A stretch of DNA of 34,557 nt from a bacterium (GTDB lineage: Bacteria; Eisenbacteria; RBG-16-71-46), in the NCBI GenBank assembly GCA_043779265.1, contig JAYWEM010000154.1, forward strand, positions 1-34,557. Reading direction: 5' to 3'. Under the pieces are notes generated by a model that did no database searches, was not told the DNA's origin, and was given only the letters and a program-made list of their open reading frames with translations. This document shows positions 1-9,625 of the stretch, in pieces; position 1 is the stretch's first letter, and each line of letters starts with the position of its first letter. The position numbers and the translations under genes were made by a program.

Positions 1-47
1 CCGCCCTCGCGTGCGGGCGGCCGTTCGCACTTCGGTACGGATCTGGA

Positions 48-869
48 CTAGCGGTAGAGCGTCTTCAGCTTGCCCCAGGTCGACGTCTCGGTCGCCGTCG
101 GCTTGTCGTTCGAGAACACCACGTTCGACCACGTCACCTTCATGTGGTTGTCCGGGCCGGAACCATTCGGTCCCTGCATGAAGCCACCGACGCGCGCCTG
201 GTTCAGCATGCCCCAGAGGCCGTACGGCGGATCCTCGGCCGGGTTGCCCATGTCGAACGCGAGCGGACCGCTCGTGTAGGCAATGGCGTTGTACGTCACG
301 TTGTAGGTGACGGTCCCCGGGTTCGCGAGGCTGAGACCGTTCGGGTTGTACACCATCTCGAGAACGATCGGCGTGTTCTCGGTGATCGTGATGCCGTGCG
401 CGCCGGTGAACGAGTAGAACGGCAGACGACCGCCGAAGCAGGCGATCTCGCCGTCCGGGAGCCGGCAGTTGATACGGCCGTCGGTGAACGGGCTCCACCA
501 CGGCGAGATGCGAATACCCGCCTCGGTGCCGTCCGTCGGATCGGCGCCCATATTGTCGATCACCATCTCGGCCGAGAACGAGAACTGCGAGTTGTTCGGG
601 AACTCGGCGGCCGTCGAACCGTCGGTCGAGAAGCTCCACGCATGCAGGTTGGCCCAACCGAAACAGGCGCCCAACCCATCCTTGTCTTCGATGCTGATCG
701 AGGCCGGGTAGTTGTTCGTCCCGGTGATGGTGCTGGTCGGGCAATCATTGAAGTGGCTCAGCTTCAGCACGACGCTGTTGATGTTCGGCGTGGCGAACGC
801 GGACGTCGCAACGAATGCGAGCGCACCGATCGTGGCGCCGACCACACGGATGTAGCGGTCACTGATCAT
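48..869 (-). CDS. Secreted protein of unknown function (273 aa), beta-rich, with C-terminal PTATETSTWGKLKTLYR tail
   Basis: ATG at 869 with GGAGG RBS (876-880). N-terminal signal peptide MISDRYIRVVGATIGALAFVATSAFA. Strong GC3 codon bias. The ORF-track extension to 1010 looks non-coding. Confidence 0.85.
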   Translation of the reverse strand: MISDRYIRVVGATIGALAFVATSAFATPNINSVVLKLSHFNDCPTSTITGTNNYPASISIEDKDGLGACFGWANLHAWSFSTDGSTAAEFPNNSQFSFSAEMVIDNMGADPTDGTEAGIRISPWWSPFTDGRINCRLPDGEIACFGGRLPFYSFTGAHGITITENTPIVLEMVYNPNGLSLANPGTVTYNVTYNAIAYTSGPLAFDMGNPAEDPPYGLWGMLNQARVGGFMQGPNGSGPDNHMKVTWSNVVFSNDKPTATETSTWGKLKTLYR

Positions 870-1092
870 GCTGTTCCTCCTGTTTCGGGGGTTGGCCTTC
901 CGAGACCGAGCGAAGCTCTTCCTCGGCTGACCGTGGACAAGATCCGTCTCCAGCGGAGCTTCCGGTCGGACATCTCTCCCCTGCTCCGGACCCCACCACC
1001 CCGAGCTCACGTCACACCGTTCATCGGAGGTGCGAAGCGAACCGTGGAAATGGGGACCAACGCAGAGGATGACCGCAACCGATGGTTACGCC

Positions 1093-1126
1093 TGAAAACG
1101 ATTACACGGGGCCTCACCAGTGTCAA
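1093..1126 (-). promoter_or_regulatory. Putative promoter (TTGACA at 1126-1121) with LacI-type operator TGTAATCGTTTTCA (1106-1093)
   Basis: AT-rich CG-centred palindrome placed over the -10 position, 16 nt after a perfect -35. Same layout as the sites at 14381 and 23183. Confidence 0.7.
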
Positions 1127-1136
1127 CGACCATTTA

Positions 1137-1160
1137 AGCCCCAGGGCCCCTTCCGGGGCT
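1137..1160 (-). terminator. Possible terminator hairpin after the GH94 gene
   Basis: Minus strand AGCCCCGG-N-CTGGGGCT followed by TAAAT, about 20 nt after the stop codon. The U-tract is weak. Confidence 0.35.
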
Positions 1161-1177
1161 CCCGAATGCCCCGCTGG

Positions 1178-3607
1178 TCACCGCCCGGCGGGCCCCGGTC
1201 GGGGCAATCGGACCTCGACCTCATGGACGCGGCCGGCCGTCCCCGGAGGAAGCAGGTCACCCTTCAACCGCTTCCCATCGAGCCACACACCCGGCTCGGC
1301 CCCGCCCACCTTGGCCCGGATCCGGTAGGTGGCCCCGCGGAACCGGCGGGTCATCTCGAAGCCCTTCCAATGAGGTGGGATGCAGGGCCGGATCCGCAGA
1401 CCCTCCCACTCCGGGCGCACGCCGAGGATCCACTCGGTCTGCACCCGGAACAGCCAGGCGGCCGAACCCGTGTACCAGGTCCACCCGCCGCGACCGTAGT
1501 ACGGCGAATCGGGCCCCTCGACGTTGCCGGGCGAGACGTAGGGCTCGACCGTGTAGAAGTCGGGGTCGGCGCCTCGGACGACCGGACAGAACGAGTGCCA
1601 CAGTCGCCACGCCTGCTCGGCGCGGCCGAGCTTGCACTCCATCTGCACCGCCCAGACACCGGCATGCGTGTACAGCCCGCCGTTCTCACGGCTGCCGGGC
1701 GCATAACGAGTCAGGTACCCGATGCTGGCATCCGGGACGCGATAGGCCGGCGCCAGCAGCAGCGGACCGTAGTCGCCGTACAAGTGGCGCTCCAGCGCAC
1801 GCAACAGCTTCGCGCGCCTCGCGGGCGGCGCCACGTCGTGCAGTACGGCCCACGTCTGCGCGTTGAGGAAGATGCGCCCGTCGCGATTGTGCTTGGAGCC
1901 GATGACCGAGCCATCGTCTCGGGTCGCGCGCTGATACCAGTCGCCGTCCCAGAAGTGGCGATTGACGTCGCGGCGGATGCGCGCCGCCCAGGCCGTGTAG
2001 CGTCGGATCACCGCGCGATCGGGCTTGGCTCGACGCTCCTCCAACTCGACCCACTGATCGAGGATGCCGACGAGGAAGTGCGCCAGCCACACACTCTCCG
2101 ACTTGCCCTTGTCGCCGATCGCCGAAAGGCCATCGTTCCAATCGCCCGCACCCATTCGAGGGACGCCGCGCTTGGACATGCGCTGGGCGAACGAATCGAT
2201 CGCGCGGCGACAGTGCTCGTACACGGTTCCACTGCCTGCGTGGCGCTTGCCGCCCGGTGCCAGGAACGGCTCGCGCGCCTCGAGAAACGAGAGGTCGCCG
2301 GTCTCCCTCAGATGCTGGAGCGTCACGAAGGGAAGCCAGAGCAGATCGTCGTTGAGGGGCTTCTGGATCCCCTCCTCGGTCAGCGGATGCCACCAGTGGT
2401 AGGTCGTGCCGTCGGCGAACTGATGCCGCGCATGCAACCGGATCTGTGCCGCCGTGTGCTCGGAAGCCAAGGGCAGGAACACCTGACTGTCCTGGAGCTG
2501 ATCGCGGTAACCGTAGGCTCCGCCCATCTGGAAGTAGCCGGTTCGCCCCCACAGTCGGCTCGAGATCGCCTGGTACTTGAACCAGGTATTCGTGAGCAGG
2601 TCGAACGCCGGGTCGGGCGTCTTCACCTCGAGCGGCGACAAGAGGTCATTCCAATGGCGGTCGACCGAGCGGCGCAGCCGCTCGACTCCGGCCGGCGTGC
2701 GGATCGCGCGGGCGATGCGCAGCGCCTCGGATCGCGTGTGGGCCAGGCCGAGCGTGAACGAGACCTCGCGCGTCTCCCCCGGCGCGAGCCGCACCTTCAC
2801 GTGCACCGCGCCGATGGCATCCTGCCACTTGCCCTCGCCCTTCGACAGGCGAACACCGCGGCCGCGAGGCGAGCGCAACGCCGCCGGGTCGGAGAGCGAG
2901 CCCATGCGCCCGAGGAATCGCTCCTTGTCACTCTCCCATGAGGCGAGCGGCTGGCTCGCCGCCAACACGCCGACATGCGGCCACTCGACGTTCCACGGCG
3001 TTCCGACGCCATGCTCGGCGATCGTGTTGAGCCGCTTGGTCACGAGCATCGCCTGCGCCGGAGCCACCACCTCGGTCTCGAGGAACAGCTTGTGGAACTC
3101 GCGATGCGTGTCGGGCGAGGGTCCGCAGTTCCACTCGAGGTAGGTCACGAGATCCAACTGGCGCGCACGCTTCGTGCGATTCGTCAGCCGGACACGCCAC
3201 ACCTCGCACGCGCTGCCGGGCGGGACGAACACCATCCACTCGCTCGCGATCCCGTCGGTCTCGCCCTCGAACACCGAGTACCCGATGCCGTGACGACAAC
3301 GGAAGTCACGCGTCTCCGCCTTCACCGGCTGGTGCGACAGGGACCACAACACACCACTGTCCGCATCACGGCAGTAGAGGTAGCGCCCCCACTCGTCGCG
3401 CACCAGGTCCTGCTCCCAGCGCGTCAGCCGGTTGAGCGAGGCGTGCGTGCGCCAGCTGTAGCCCGAGCCCGCCTGCGTGAGCGCGACACCGTAGTCGCCG
3501 GTGCAGATCACATTCGACCACGGTCTCGGCGTGTCGGGCCGCGTGATGATGTACTCGCGGCCATCTTCGGAGAAGTGACCGTACTTCGTGGGGAACAACG
3601 CGGCCAT
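1178..3607 (-). CDS. GH94 glycoside phosphorylase (cellobiose/chitobiose phosphorylase-sized, 809 aa), cytoplasmic
   Basis: Motifs YGHFSEDGREYIITRPDTPRPWSNVI, GGAYGYRDQLQD, GDWNDGL (catalytic Asp), ESVWL, RENGGLYTH and WYTGSAAW. No signal peptide. ATG at 3607 is preceded by GAGG. Confidence 0.92.
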   Translation of the reverse strand: MAALFPTKYGHFSEDGREYIITRPDTPRPWSNVICTGDYGVALTQAGSGYSWRTHASLNRLTRWEQDLVRDEWGRYLYCRDADSGVLWSLSHQPVKAETRDFRCRHGIGYSVFEGETDGIASEWMVFVPPGSACEVWRVRLTNRTKRARQLDLVTYLEWNCGPSPDTHREFHKLFLETEVVAPAQAMLVTKRLNTIAEHGVGTPWNVEWPHVGVLAASQPLASWESDKERFLGRMGSLSDPAALRSPRGRGVRLSKGEGKWQDAIGAVHVKVRLAPGETREVSFTLGLAHTRSEALRIARAIRTPAGVERLRRSVDRHWNDLLSPLEVKTPDPAFDLLTNTWFKYQAISSRLWGRTGYFQMGGAYGYRDQLQDSQVFLPLASEHTAAQIRLHARHQFADGTTYHWWHPLTEEGIQKPLNDDLLWLPFVTLQHLRETGDLSFLEAREPFLAPGGKRHAGSGTVYEHCRRAIDSFAQRMSKRGVPRMGAGDWNDGLSAIGDKGKSESVWLAHFLVGILDQWVELEERRAKPDRAVIRRYTAWAARIRRDVNRHFWDGDWYQRATRDDGSVIGSKHNRDGRIFLNAQTWAVLHDVAPPARRAKLLRALERHLYGDYGPLLLAPAYRVPDASIGYLTRYAPGSRENGGLYTHAGVWAVQMECKLGRAEQAWRLWHSFCPVVRGADPDFYTVEPYVSPGNVEGPDSPYYGRGGWTWYTGSAAWLFRVQTEWILGVRPEWEGLRIRPCIPPHWKGFEMTRRFRGATYRIRAKVGGAEPGVWLDGKRLKGDLLPPGTAGRVHEVEVRLPRPGPAGR

Positions 3608-3673
3608 CCTGTGCCTCACCTGGAACGCGCGACGCGCGCACCCAGCGGGGATGCGCGCGCCTCGAATGGGAAC

Positions 3674-5254
3674 TCAGTCGCCCAGATGCACGAGCCGCGT
3701 GACCTGCGTCTCGCCCTGGGCCTCCAATCGTGCGAAGTAGATACCCCCACGCCAACCGGCGGTGGAGATGGTGATCGAGTGCGCTCCCGCTTCGCGGCGG
3801 CCCCGCACGGCGATGGCCTGCTCGCGGCCCTGCACGTCGAACACCGACAGCCTCACGTCGCCGCCACGCGGCAGTCGGAAGTGGAGCGTCGTCTGGCCTC
3901 GGGCCGGATTGGGTTCCGGCGCGGACAACCACAGTGCGCCCTCGCGCTCGGGCTCGACACCCAGCAGCGAGAAGTCGATGAAGTTGGCGCGCTGCAGTCC
4001 CGTCTGGATGTACGGGCTCTGCATGAACCGGTTCCAGATCGACTCGGTGCGATGGTTCTCGATCATCATCAGGATCGGGCCCTGATCGATGCCGACGACA
4101 TCGTTGGACCACCAGGCGAACGACGGCTTGAACGCATCCACGAATCCGTACGGGCCCCACAGGAGCGAGCGGTAGACGCGCCACAGATGGTGCATCACCG
4201 CGTAGGACTCATCCGGCGTGAACACGACCGACGACAGCGCCGCGGTCGGCACCATCGTGCCCTCGTCGTTCTGCGCCGGAGGCGCGCCACGTGCGAGATA
4301 ACCGCCCGGGCCGGGGTAGTCGGACGCCGTGATGCCCCACAGGCTGTCGGTGTAGAGGAACGAGGGCGGCGCGGTCTGGATCGAATAGGCCCGCTGCGCG
4401 AGCGTCGCGCGGCGCGAGTTCTCGAAGTAGTCGAGCCCCTTGGTTTGCATGTAGGGGTCGCGCTGGTCACGGAAGTCGATCCAGCAGTGACTGTATTGAT
4501 GGCCGAACAGCGGTGGGAAGGTGACGAACGAGTAGCCGTAGAACGTCTGCCACTGATAGCCGGAGATCCAGTAGTTCCACGCATTGCTCGGCACGGGGTA
4601 GGTGGGCGAGCCGAGCGCCATCAGGTAGAGGATCATGGCCTCGTTGTAGCCCTGCCAGAGCCCGAAGCCGCTGAACCCCGTTCCCGGCTTCCAGCCCATG
4701 CGGATCCCGACCGAGCCATTGCGCATGAAGTTCCAGTCGACGCGGCGGAAGAGCGAGTCGGCCAGATCGCGGATCGCCACCTCCTGCGAGTCCGCCTGAT
4801 CGAAGTAGAGCCCCACATCCAACACGCCCGCCATCAGCAGTGCGGTGTCGATGGTGGAGAGCTCGGAGTCCCAGGCGCGTGTCGCCGTGGCGGGATCGAG
4901 GAAGTGATAGAAGAGCCCTTTGTAGCCGATCATCCCTGCCGCCGCCGTGCCCTGAACGCCCCACCAGTAGGTGCGAAGCTGTTTGAGCACACGGGCGCGG
5001 CCCTGCTCGCGCGTGATGTAGCCGCGATCGATGCCGATGCAGGTGGCGCTGAAGCCGAAGCCCTGTGATGCGATGCTCGCCATCGACCACGACGCCGTGC
5101 GATCGTCGATGAGACCCGTGACGGGGTGCGACTCATTCCAGAAGAAGTCGAAGGCGCTGCGTTGCAGTGTGTCGAGCAGCGCCGGCGTGCTGATCGCCTG
5201 CGCCGGCATCGAAGTCACGCAAAGAAGCGCGAGTGCCGCGAGAAGTCGTCGCAT
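3674..5254 (-). CDS. GH144-like ('glucoamylase family') endo-beta-1,2-glucanase with signal peptide and T9SS/FlgD-like CTD (526 aa)
   Basis: Motifs LQRSAFDFFW, ELSTIDTALL, GYNEAMILY, PLFGHQYSH, YFENSRRATL, WGITASD, YGFVDAF and GIDQGP. C-terminus PEPNP...VFDVQGR...GIYFARL. Signal peptide MRRLLAALALLCVTSMPAQA. Confidence 0.88.
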   Translation of the reverse strand: MRRLLAALALLCVTSMPAQAISTPALLDTLQRSAFDFFWNESHPVTGLIDDRTASWSMASIASQGFGFSATCIGIDRGYITREQGRARVLKQLRTYWWGVQGTAAAGMIGYKGLFYHFLDPATATRAWDSELSTIDTALLMAGVLDVGLYFDQADSQEVAIRDLADSLFRRVDWNFMRNGSVGIRMGWKPGTGFSGFGLWQGYNEAMILYLMALGSPTYPVPSNAWNYWISGYQWQTFYGYSFVTFPPLFGHQYSHCWIDFRDQRDPYMQTKGLDYFENSRRATLAQRAYSIQTAPPSFLYTDSLWGITASDYPGPGGYLARGAPPAQNDEGTMVPTAALSSVVFTPDESYAVMHHLWRVYRSLLWGPYGFVDAFKPSFAWWSNDVVGIDQGPILMMIENHRTESIWNRFMQSPYIQTGLQRANFIDFSLLGVEPEREGALWLSAPEPNPARGQTTLHFRLPRGGDVRLSVFDVQGREQAIAVRGRREAGAHSITISTAGWRGGIYFARLEAQGETQVTRLVHLGD

Positions 5255-5294
5255 GGATGAGGCTCTCTCTCTCCCCGGCCCGAGGGCCAGGGCT

Positions 5295-6317
5295 TCAGAA
5301 CGAGACGCCCACCGAGAGGCGGTGCGCCTGCCCGAGCCGACCGTGATCGGCCCACGCATAGTCACAATGATAGCGGTATTCCTCGACCTGGCCGCGAATC
5401 CCCGCTCCGAGCGTGGCCCCCATCTCCGAATCCCTCAGGAAGAGGTTCTGCCAGCCGGCCCGCAGCGCCAGTAGCTCGCGGAATGCCCATTCGCCGCCCA
5501 GACTGACGCTCTCCTCGCCGTCGCCGGGGTGATGGGCGTCCAGTGCGAGCTGCATGGCGTGATCGCGGTTGAATCGATGCGGCCAGCCGAGTCCGACGCG
5601 GAACAGCGTCGGCAGCGCGAATGCATCGGTGTGGCGCAGGCCGGGCAGGGTGCCGTTATCGCCGTAGCGGGTCGGATCGTTGTCGTAGAGGATGCGCAGG
5701 TCGCGCCCGTCGTAGCGTGCCCGCGTGCCGAAGTTGGAGAGGCTCGATCCGATGTGCAGGCCATTCTCCGAGGTGCGGTACAGCGTGCCGACGTTGAGCG
5801 CCATCGTGCCGGCCGAGCTGTTCCAGATGGTCTCCTGGAGGTACGTCAGCTGCACCCCGACCGAGAAGCGATCGGTGATGAAGCGCCCGGCTCCCAGCGA
5901 CAATGCGATGTCGGAGACCTGGTAGCGCTCGCCGGTGCCGAGCGGGAAATCGACCGTGCGCACGAGGATGTCGCCCGAGTTCAGTGACGTGATCGAGGCG
6001 TAGCCATTGCCCCATTTTCCGACTGGCATCGCCAAGATGACGTGCTCGAAGCCGATGTCGGCGAGCCACTCGCTGTGCGAGAACTGCACGGCACGGCCCT
6101 CGACCGCGGCGATCGCGGCCGGGTTGTAGAACACGCCGCCCAATCCCTGCGAGGCGGTCACGCCGGCGTTGCCCATGGCCGCGAGCCTCGCATCGGGCTC
6201 GAGCAACAGGAACTGCCCGAGCGTCGTGCCGGTCTTGCTCTGGGCGGCCGCAGCCCCGGCCAGCGGCAGCAGTCCGAGCACGACGGAGGCAGCGACGAGG
6301 AAGCGCCGGGCCCTCAT
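5295..6317 (-). CDS. PorV/PorQ-family outer-membrane beta-barrel (340 aa)
   Basis: N-terminal KTGTTLGQFLLLEPDARLAAMGNA...FYNPAAIA motif, amphipathic beta strands, terminal Phe (HRLSVGVSF). Its ATG overlaps the upstream TGA (ATGA at 6314-6317). Confidence 0.85.
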   Translation of the reverse strand: MRARRFLVAASVVLGLLPLAGAAAAQSKTGTTLGQFLLLEPDARLAAMGNAGVTASQGLGGVFYNPAAIAAVEGRAVQFSHSEWLADIGFEHVILAMPVGKWGNGYASITSLNSGDILVRTVDFPLGTGERYQVSDIALSLGAGRFITDRFSVGVQLTYLQETIWNSSAGTMALNVGTLYRTSENGLHIGSSLSNFGTRARYDGRDLRILYDNDPTRYGDNGTLPGLRHTDAFALPTLFRVGLGWPHRFNRDHAMQLALDAHHPGDGEESVSLGGEWAFRELLALRAGWQNLFLRDSEMGATLGAGIRGQVEEYRYHCDYAWADHGRLGQAHRLSVGVSF

Positions 6318-9300
6318 TTGATCACCGCGAACTTGCCCACGTGCGTCCCGACGCCCGGGGCGTCGACGTGGAAGAGATAGAGACCGGGCGCGATGTCGAG
6401 GTTGTCCTCGGTGCGCAGGTCCCACGCGACGAAGCCCTCGAGCGAGCCCGCCTGCCGCAACTGCCGCACGAGGTTGCCACGCACCGTGTAGATGCGGATC
6501 GCGGCGCCGACCGGGATGTTGCGGAACTCCAGGCGCCGGTCGCCTCGCCCCGAGACCGCGAAGCGCGAAGGCTCGAAGCTCGCCGCGCCGACATACGGGT
6601 TGGGGACGACGTAGGGCTCTTGCGACCAGTCTGCCTGCACGCGTGACGGATCGATCCGCTGGCCGCCCACGGTGAACATCAACTCGTCGCCGTCGCCGTA
6701 GGGCTCGTCGATCCGCAAGTCGAACACATCGCCCTGCCGAGGCGGCACGATCGCGCCGCGTGTCCCCTGTCCCAGCGTGTCGAGCTGGAAGCGCCACGTG
6801 GACTGCGGCGTGCCGGGCGCGCTGTCGAGGTAGGTCACCATGTCGATGTACTCGTCGGCGCGGCTCAGCGTGTTGTTGTTGTCGAGATCACGGAAGCGGA
6901 AGTCCATCTGCCGCGGCCCGCTGGGCGTCTGCGCGAACACCTTGAACTTGGCGGGCCGGGCCGGGATCGGGAACAGCGCGAGGCCGGTGTCCTGGATCGT
7001 GTCGGAGAACTCGATGCGGATGTCATCGGGGAAGCCCACGCGACGCAGGTTGATCGGCTGCACCGGCTGATACACACTCTGGACGCGCGTGTTGGTGGGC
7101 GAGCCGGGCGTGAATCCACTTGCCGCGGCATTCACCTGGATGCGTTGGATCGTGCTGACGATGGGCAGAAGTCCAAGCCCCACCGGCCCATCGCCAACCC
7201 CATTCAGGTCGCGGCCGCTGTTGAAGCCCACCTCCCCGCTCGTGCTATCGAGAAGCGAGTAGCTCGTCGCGCGGATGCTGTCGACCGACGGCGCGGCGAA
7301 GCGGATCTTCATGATGTGGCCATCGGGTACGAGGTTCGAGTTGACGACACGCACCTGCGCCGTTCCCACTCCATCACCGAGCAGATTCGAGACCGCGCCT
7401 GCCGTGGCGCCGACGAAGCCCGGCGCCCGCGGGTTCGGCCGCACCTGCACGACGTTCGAGGGCAGGATGGTGCCTCCTCGTGGCGTCCGCGAAACGGCGA
7501 TCGCGTTCTCGGACGGATAGAACGAGGTGGAGTCGGTGCCGGTGTCGTGGCCATAGTCGTAGGCGCAGACCGCGTAGTAGTAATTCTGCCCGTTCACCAC
7601 CGTCGTGTCGGTCCACGTGTGGGTGATGCCGGAGTCCTCACCCAAGTAGTACGCCACACCCTCGATGACCTTGCGCGAGAAGCCGCGGATCCCATTGACC
7701 CGGTCGAACTGCGCGTTGGGCCGACCATTGCCGATCAGGCCCGCGCCGGTGCCCGTGGTGATGACGCGCACGTCGCGGAACTCGGGATCGGTCGCACGAT
7801 AGATCCGGTAGCCCTCGAAGTCGTTCAGGTTGGAAACCGGATCGATCCCCTTCTCGGCGGCGTCGTCCCACGACAGTCGAACGAAGCCGTCCCCCGTCTC
7901 GGCGGTCACGGTGGGCAGCGGCGGCGGCACCGCGAACTGGTAGTTGGCATCGTAGATCTGCTGCACCGTCCGCACCGTGTTGCGCAGTTCCGGCAGGTCG
8001 CCGCCATAGGCGAGTGCCAAGCTGAAGCGCTCGGTCTTGCCGGCCGCGAGCCGGAACGGGCCCGATGCGAACAGGAAGCCGATGTTGAAGTTGGAGGCGA
8101 GCGCCGAGTCGAAGCGCGCCGCCGGATTGGGCGCGGTGAACTTGTCGAACAGTCGCTGCGGCCAGTTGCCCGAGTCGGTGTAGAACAGGATGCCGTCCGT
8201 CGTGGGGTCGCGGTTGCCGATGCCCGCGCGGATGCGGTTCATCTTGAAGCCGGTCAGCCCGATCTGATCGGACTCATTGAGATCGGTGCGGTCGAAGTTG
8301 GGCTCGCCGGCGGTGGGGATGCCGTCGCCCTCCCCCGCGTCGAAGGTCCCCGCGACTCCATCGACGCCGACATCATGGAACTCGGGGTTCCAATCGAGAT
8401 CCTCGTCGCCCGTCCACCAGATCCCGGTTCGATGTGCGGGGCGATCCTGGATGCGACCGTACTTGGCGACGAACTTGGCCGTGTCGTAGTTCGCAGCGAG
8501 GTAGGAGACGATGTTGTCCGGCCCCGAGATGAGCACGCCGGGACCGCCGTCTCGCTGTTCGTCGACGATGCCGTCGAGGTCATCGTCGACCCCGTTCGAG
8601 GAGTTGCCCGGCGTCTCCAGATACGCGTAACCGAGATAGCCGGTGGGACTGCAGTTGCCCGCCAGGTCGCGGCCGTGGCCGTAGGTGTCCCACGTGTAGA
8701 CCAGGTTCAGTCCCGAGGAGCGGTCGAAGAACGCATTGTCGTCGTCGGACTCGAAGATGCCGTCACACGAGAACGCGGAACCACCGACGCCGGAGTCCAT
8801 GTAGAGCCCGAAGATGATGTTGTCATTGTAATCCGTCGTGCTCTCGTTGGTGATGTCGTAGTGCCAGAAGATCACATTGCCGGCTTGCGGATTGGCCCAC
8901 TGGAATCCACGCACCTCGATGCGCAGACCGAGCCCATTGCGCGTCGGGTCGCGCGAGTCCGGCTCGTAGTCGAACCCGTCATAGAAGTCATCGTCCATGA
9001 CGGTATAGCTCTCCTGATCGGCGGCGGGCCGCTTGCCGAAGTAGCCGTTCCAGCTGCCGCCCCATCCCGGATCGTCGGCGTCGAGCAGCCGATCCGGCCA
9101 CGTGGCGGGCCACGTTCGCGGGTCATGGCTCATCGCCGGGGAACGCCCGCGGTTGATTCGCGGATCGGCCTGGAAGTAGCCCGGGCGCGGCTCGAAACGC
9201 ATCGGGCGCTTGAAGAACGGGCTGATCTGCTGCCGCTCGCGAAAGCCCGTCTCCATGATGTAGGTGTCCTCGCTGCGACCGTTCTCACGGATGCGCGCGA

Positions 9301-9625
9301 GCACGAACGGCGTGATGCCGTCGCTGTAGTTCATGCCCGAGCCCTTGGGGACCTCGGCCGAGTGGAACACCGAGAGGTCCACGGTGGCCGGGTCGGGCGG
9401 GTAGTCGCCGCCCATGCCGAAGTTCCAGAACCGCGTGCGGATGTTGGCGGCATCGTGCGTGCCGAAACGCTCGGCATCAATGCGGCCGCGCTGTTCGGGC
9501 GGCACCGGTGTGATGACCTGCGCGGCGACAGCGAAGGGCTGCGTCAGCATCAGCCAAGCGGCGAGCGCGGGGATCCATCCGCCGCGGCGCGGACTGCACG
9601 ATGCGTTCAAGCGGCGTGAGTTCAT
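6314..9625 (-). CDS. Large secreted protein (1103 aa) with acidic Ca-binding-like motifs, an Fn3-like domain and a T9SS-like CTD
   Basis: ATG at 9625 overlaps the receptor stop (ATGA), with a GGGGAG RBS. Signal peptide ends AVAA. Motifs NGVDDDLDGIVDE and VRLSWD...FEGYRIYR. CTD VVPNPY...IRIYTVRGNLVR...WDL...APGLYLFHV...GKFAVIK. Confidence 0.85.
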   Translation of the reverse strand: MNSRRLNASCSPRRGGWIPALAAWLMLTQPFAVAAQVITPVPPEQRGRIDAERFGTHDAANIRTRFWNFGMGGDYPPDPATVDLSVFHSAEVPKGSGMNYSDGITPFVLARIRENGRSEDTYIMETGFRERQQISPFFKRPMRFEPRPGYFQADPRINRGRSPAMSHDPRTWPATWPDRLLDADDPGWGGSWNGYFGKRPAADQESYTVMDDDFYDGFDYEPDSRDPTRNGLGLRIEVRGFQWANPQAGNVIFWHYDITNESTTDYNDNIIFGLYMDSGVGGSAFSCDGIFESDDDNAFFDRSSGLNLVYTWDTYGHGRDLAGNCSPTGYLGYAYLETPGNSSNGVDDDLDGIVDEQRDGGPGVLISGPDNIVSYLAANYDTAKFVAKYGRIQDRPAHRTGIWWTGDEDLDWNPEFHDVGVDGVAGTFDAGEGDGIPTAGEPNFDRTDLNESDQIGLTGFKMNRIRAGIGNRDPTTDGILFYTDSGNWPQRLFDKFTAPNPAARFDSALASNFNIGFLFASGPFRLAAGKTERFSLALAYGGDLPELRNTVRTVQQIYDANYQFAVPPPLPTVTAETGDGFVRLSWDDAAEKGIDPVSNLNDFEGYRIYRATDPEFRDVRVITTGTGAGLIGNGRPNAQFDRVNGIRGFSRKVIEGVAYYLGEDSGITHTWTDTTVVNGQNYYYAVCAYDYGHDTGTDSTSFYPSENAIAVSRTPRGGTILPSNVVQVRPNPRAPGFVGATAGAVSNLLGDGVGTAQVRVVNSNLVPDGHIMKIRFAAPSVDSIRATSYSLLDSTSGEVGFNSGRDLNGVGDGPVGLGLLPIVSTIQRIQVNAAASGFTPGSPTNTRVQSVYQPVQPINLRRVGFPDDIRIEFSDTIQDTGLALFPIPARPAKFKVFAQTPSGPRQMDFRFRDLDNNNTLSRADEYIDMVTYLDSAPGTPQSTWRFQLDTLGQGTRGAIVPPRQGDVFDLRIDEPYGDGDELMFTVGGQRIDPSRVQADWSQEPYVVPNPYVGAASFEPSRFAVSGRGDRRLEFRNIPVGAAIRIYTVRGNLVRQLRQAGSLEGFVAWDLRTEDNLDIAPGLYLFHVDAPGVGTHVGKFAVIK

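Noticed and set aside
1..20. CCGCCC...GGGCGG hairpin downstream of the first gene
   Set aside because: Possibly a terminator, but it is truncated by the window edge, so the stem and tail cannot be assessed.
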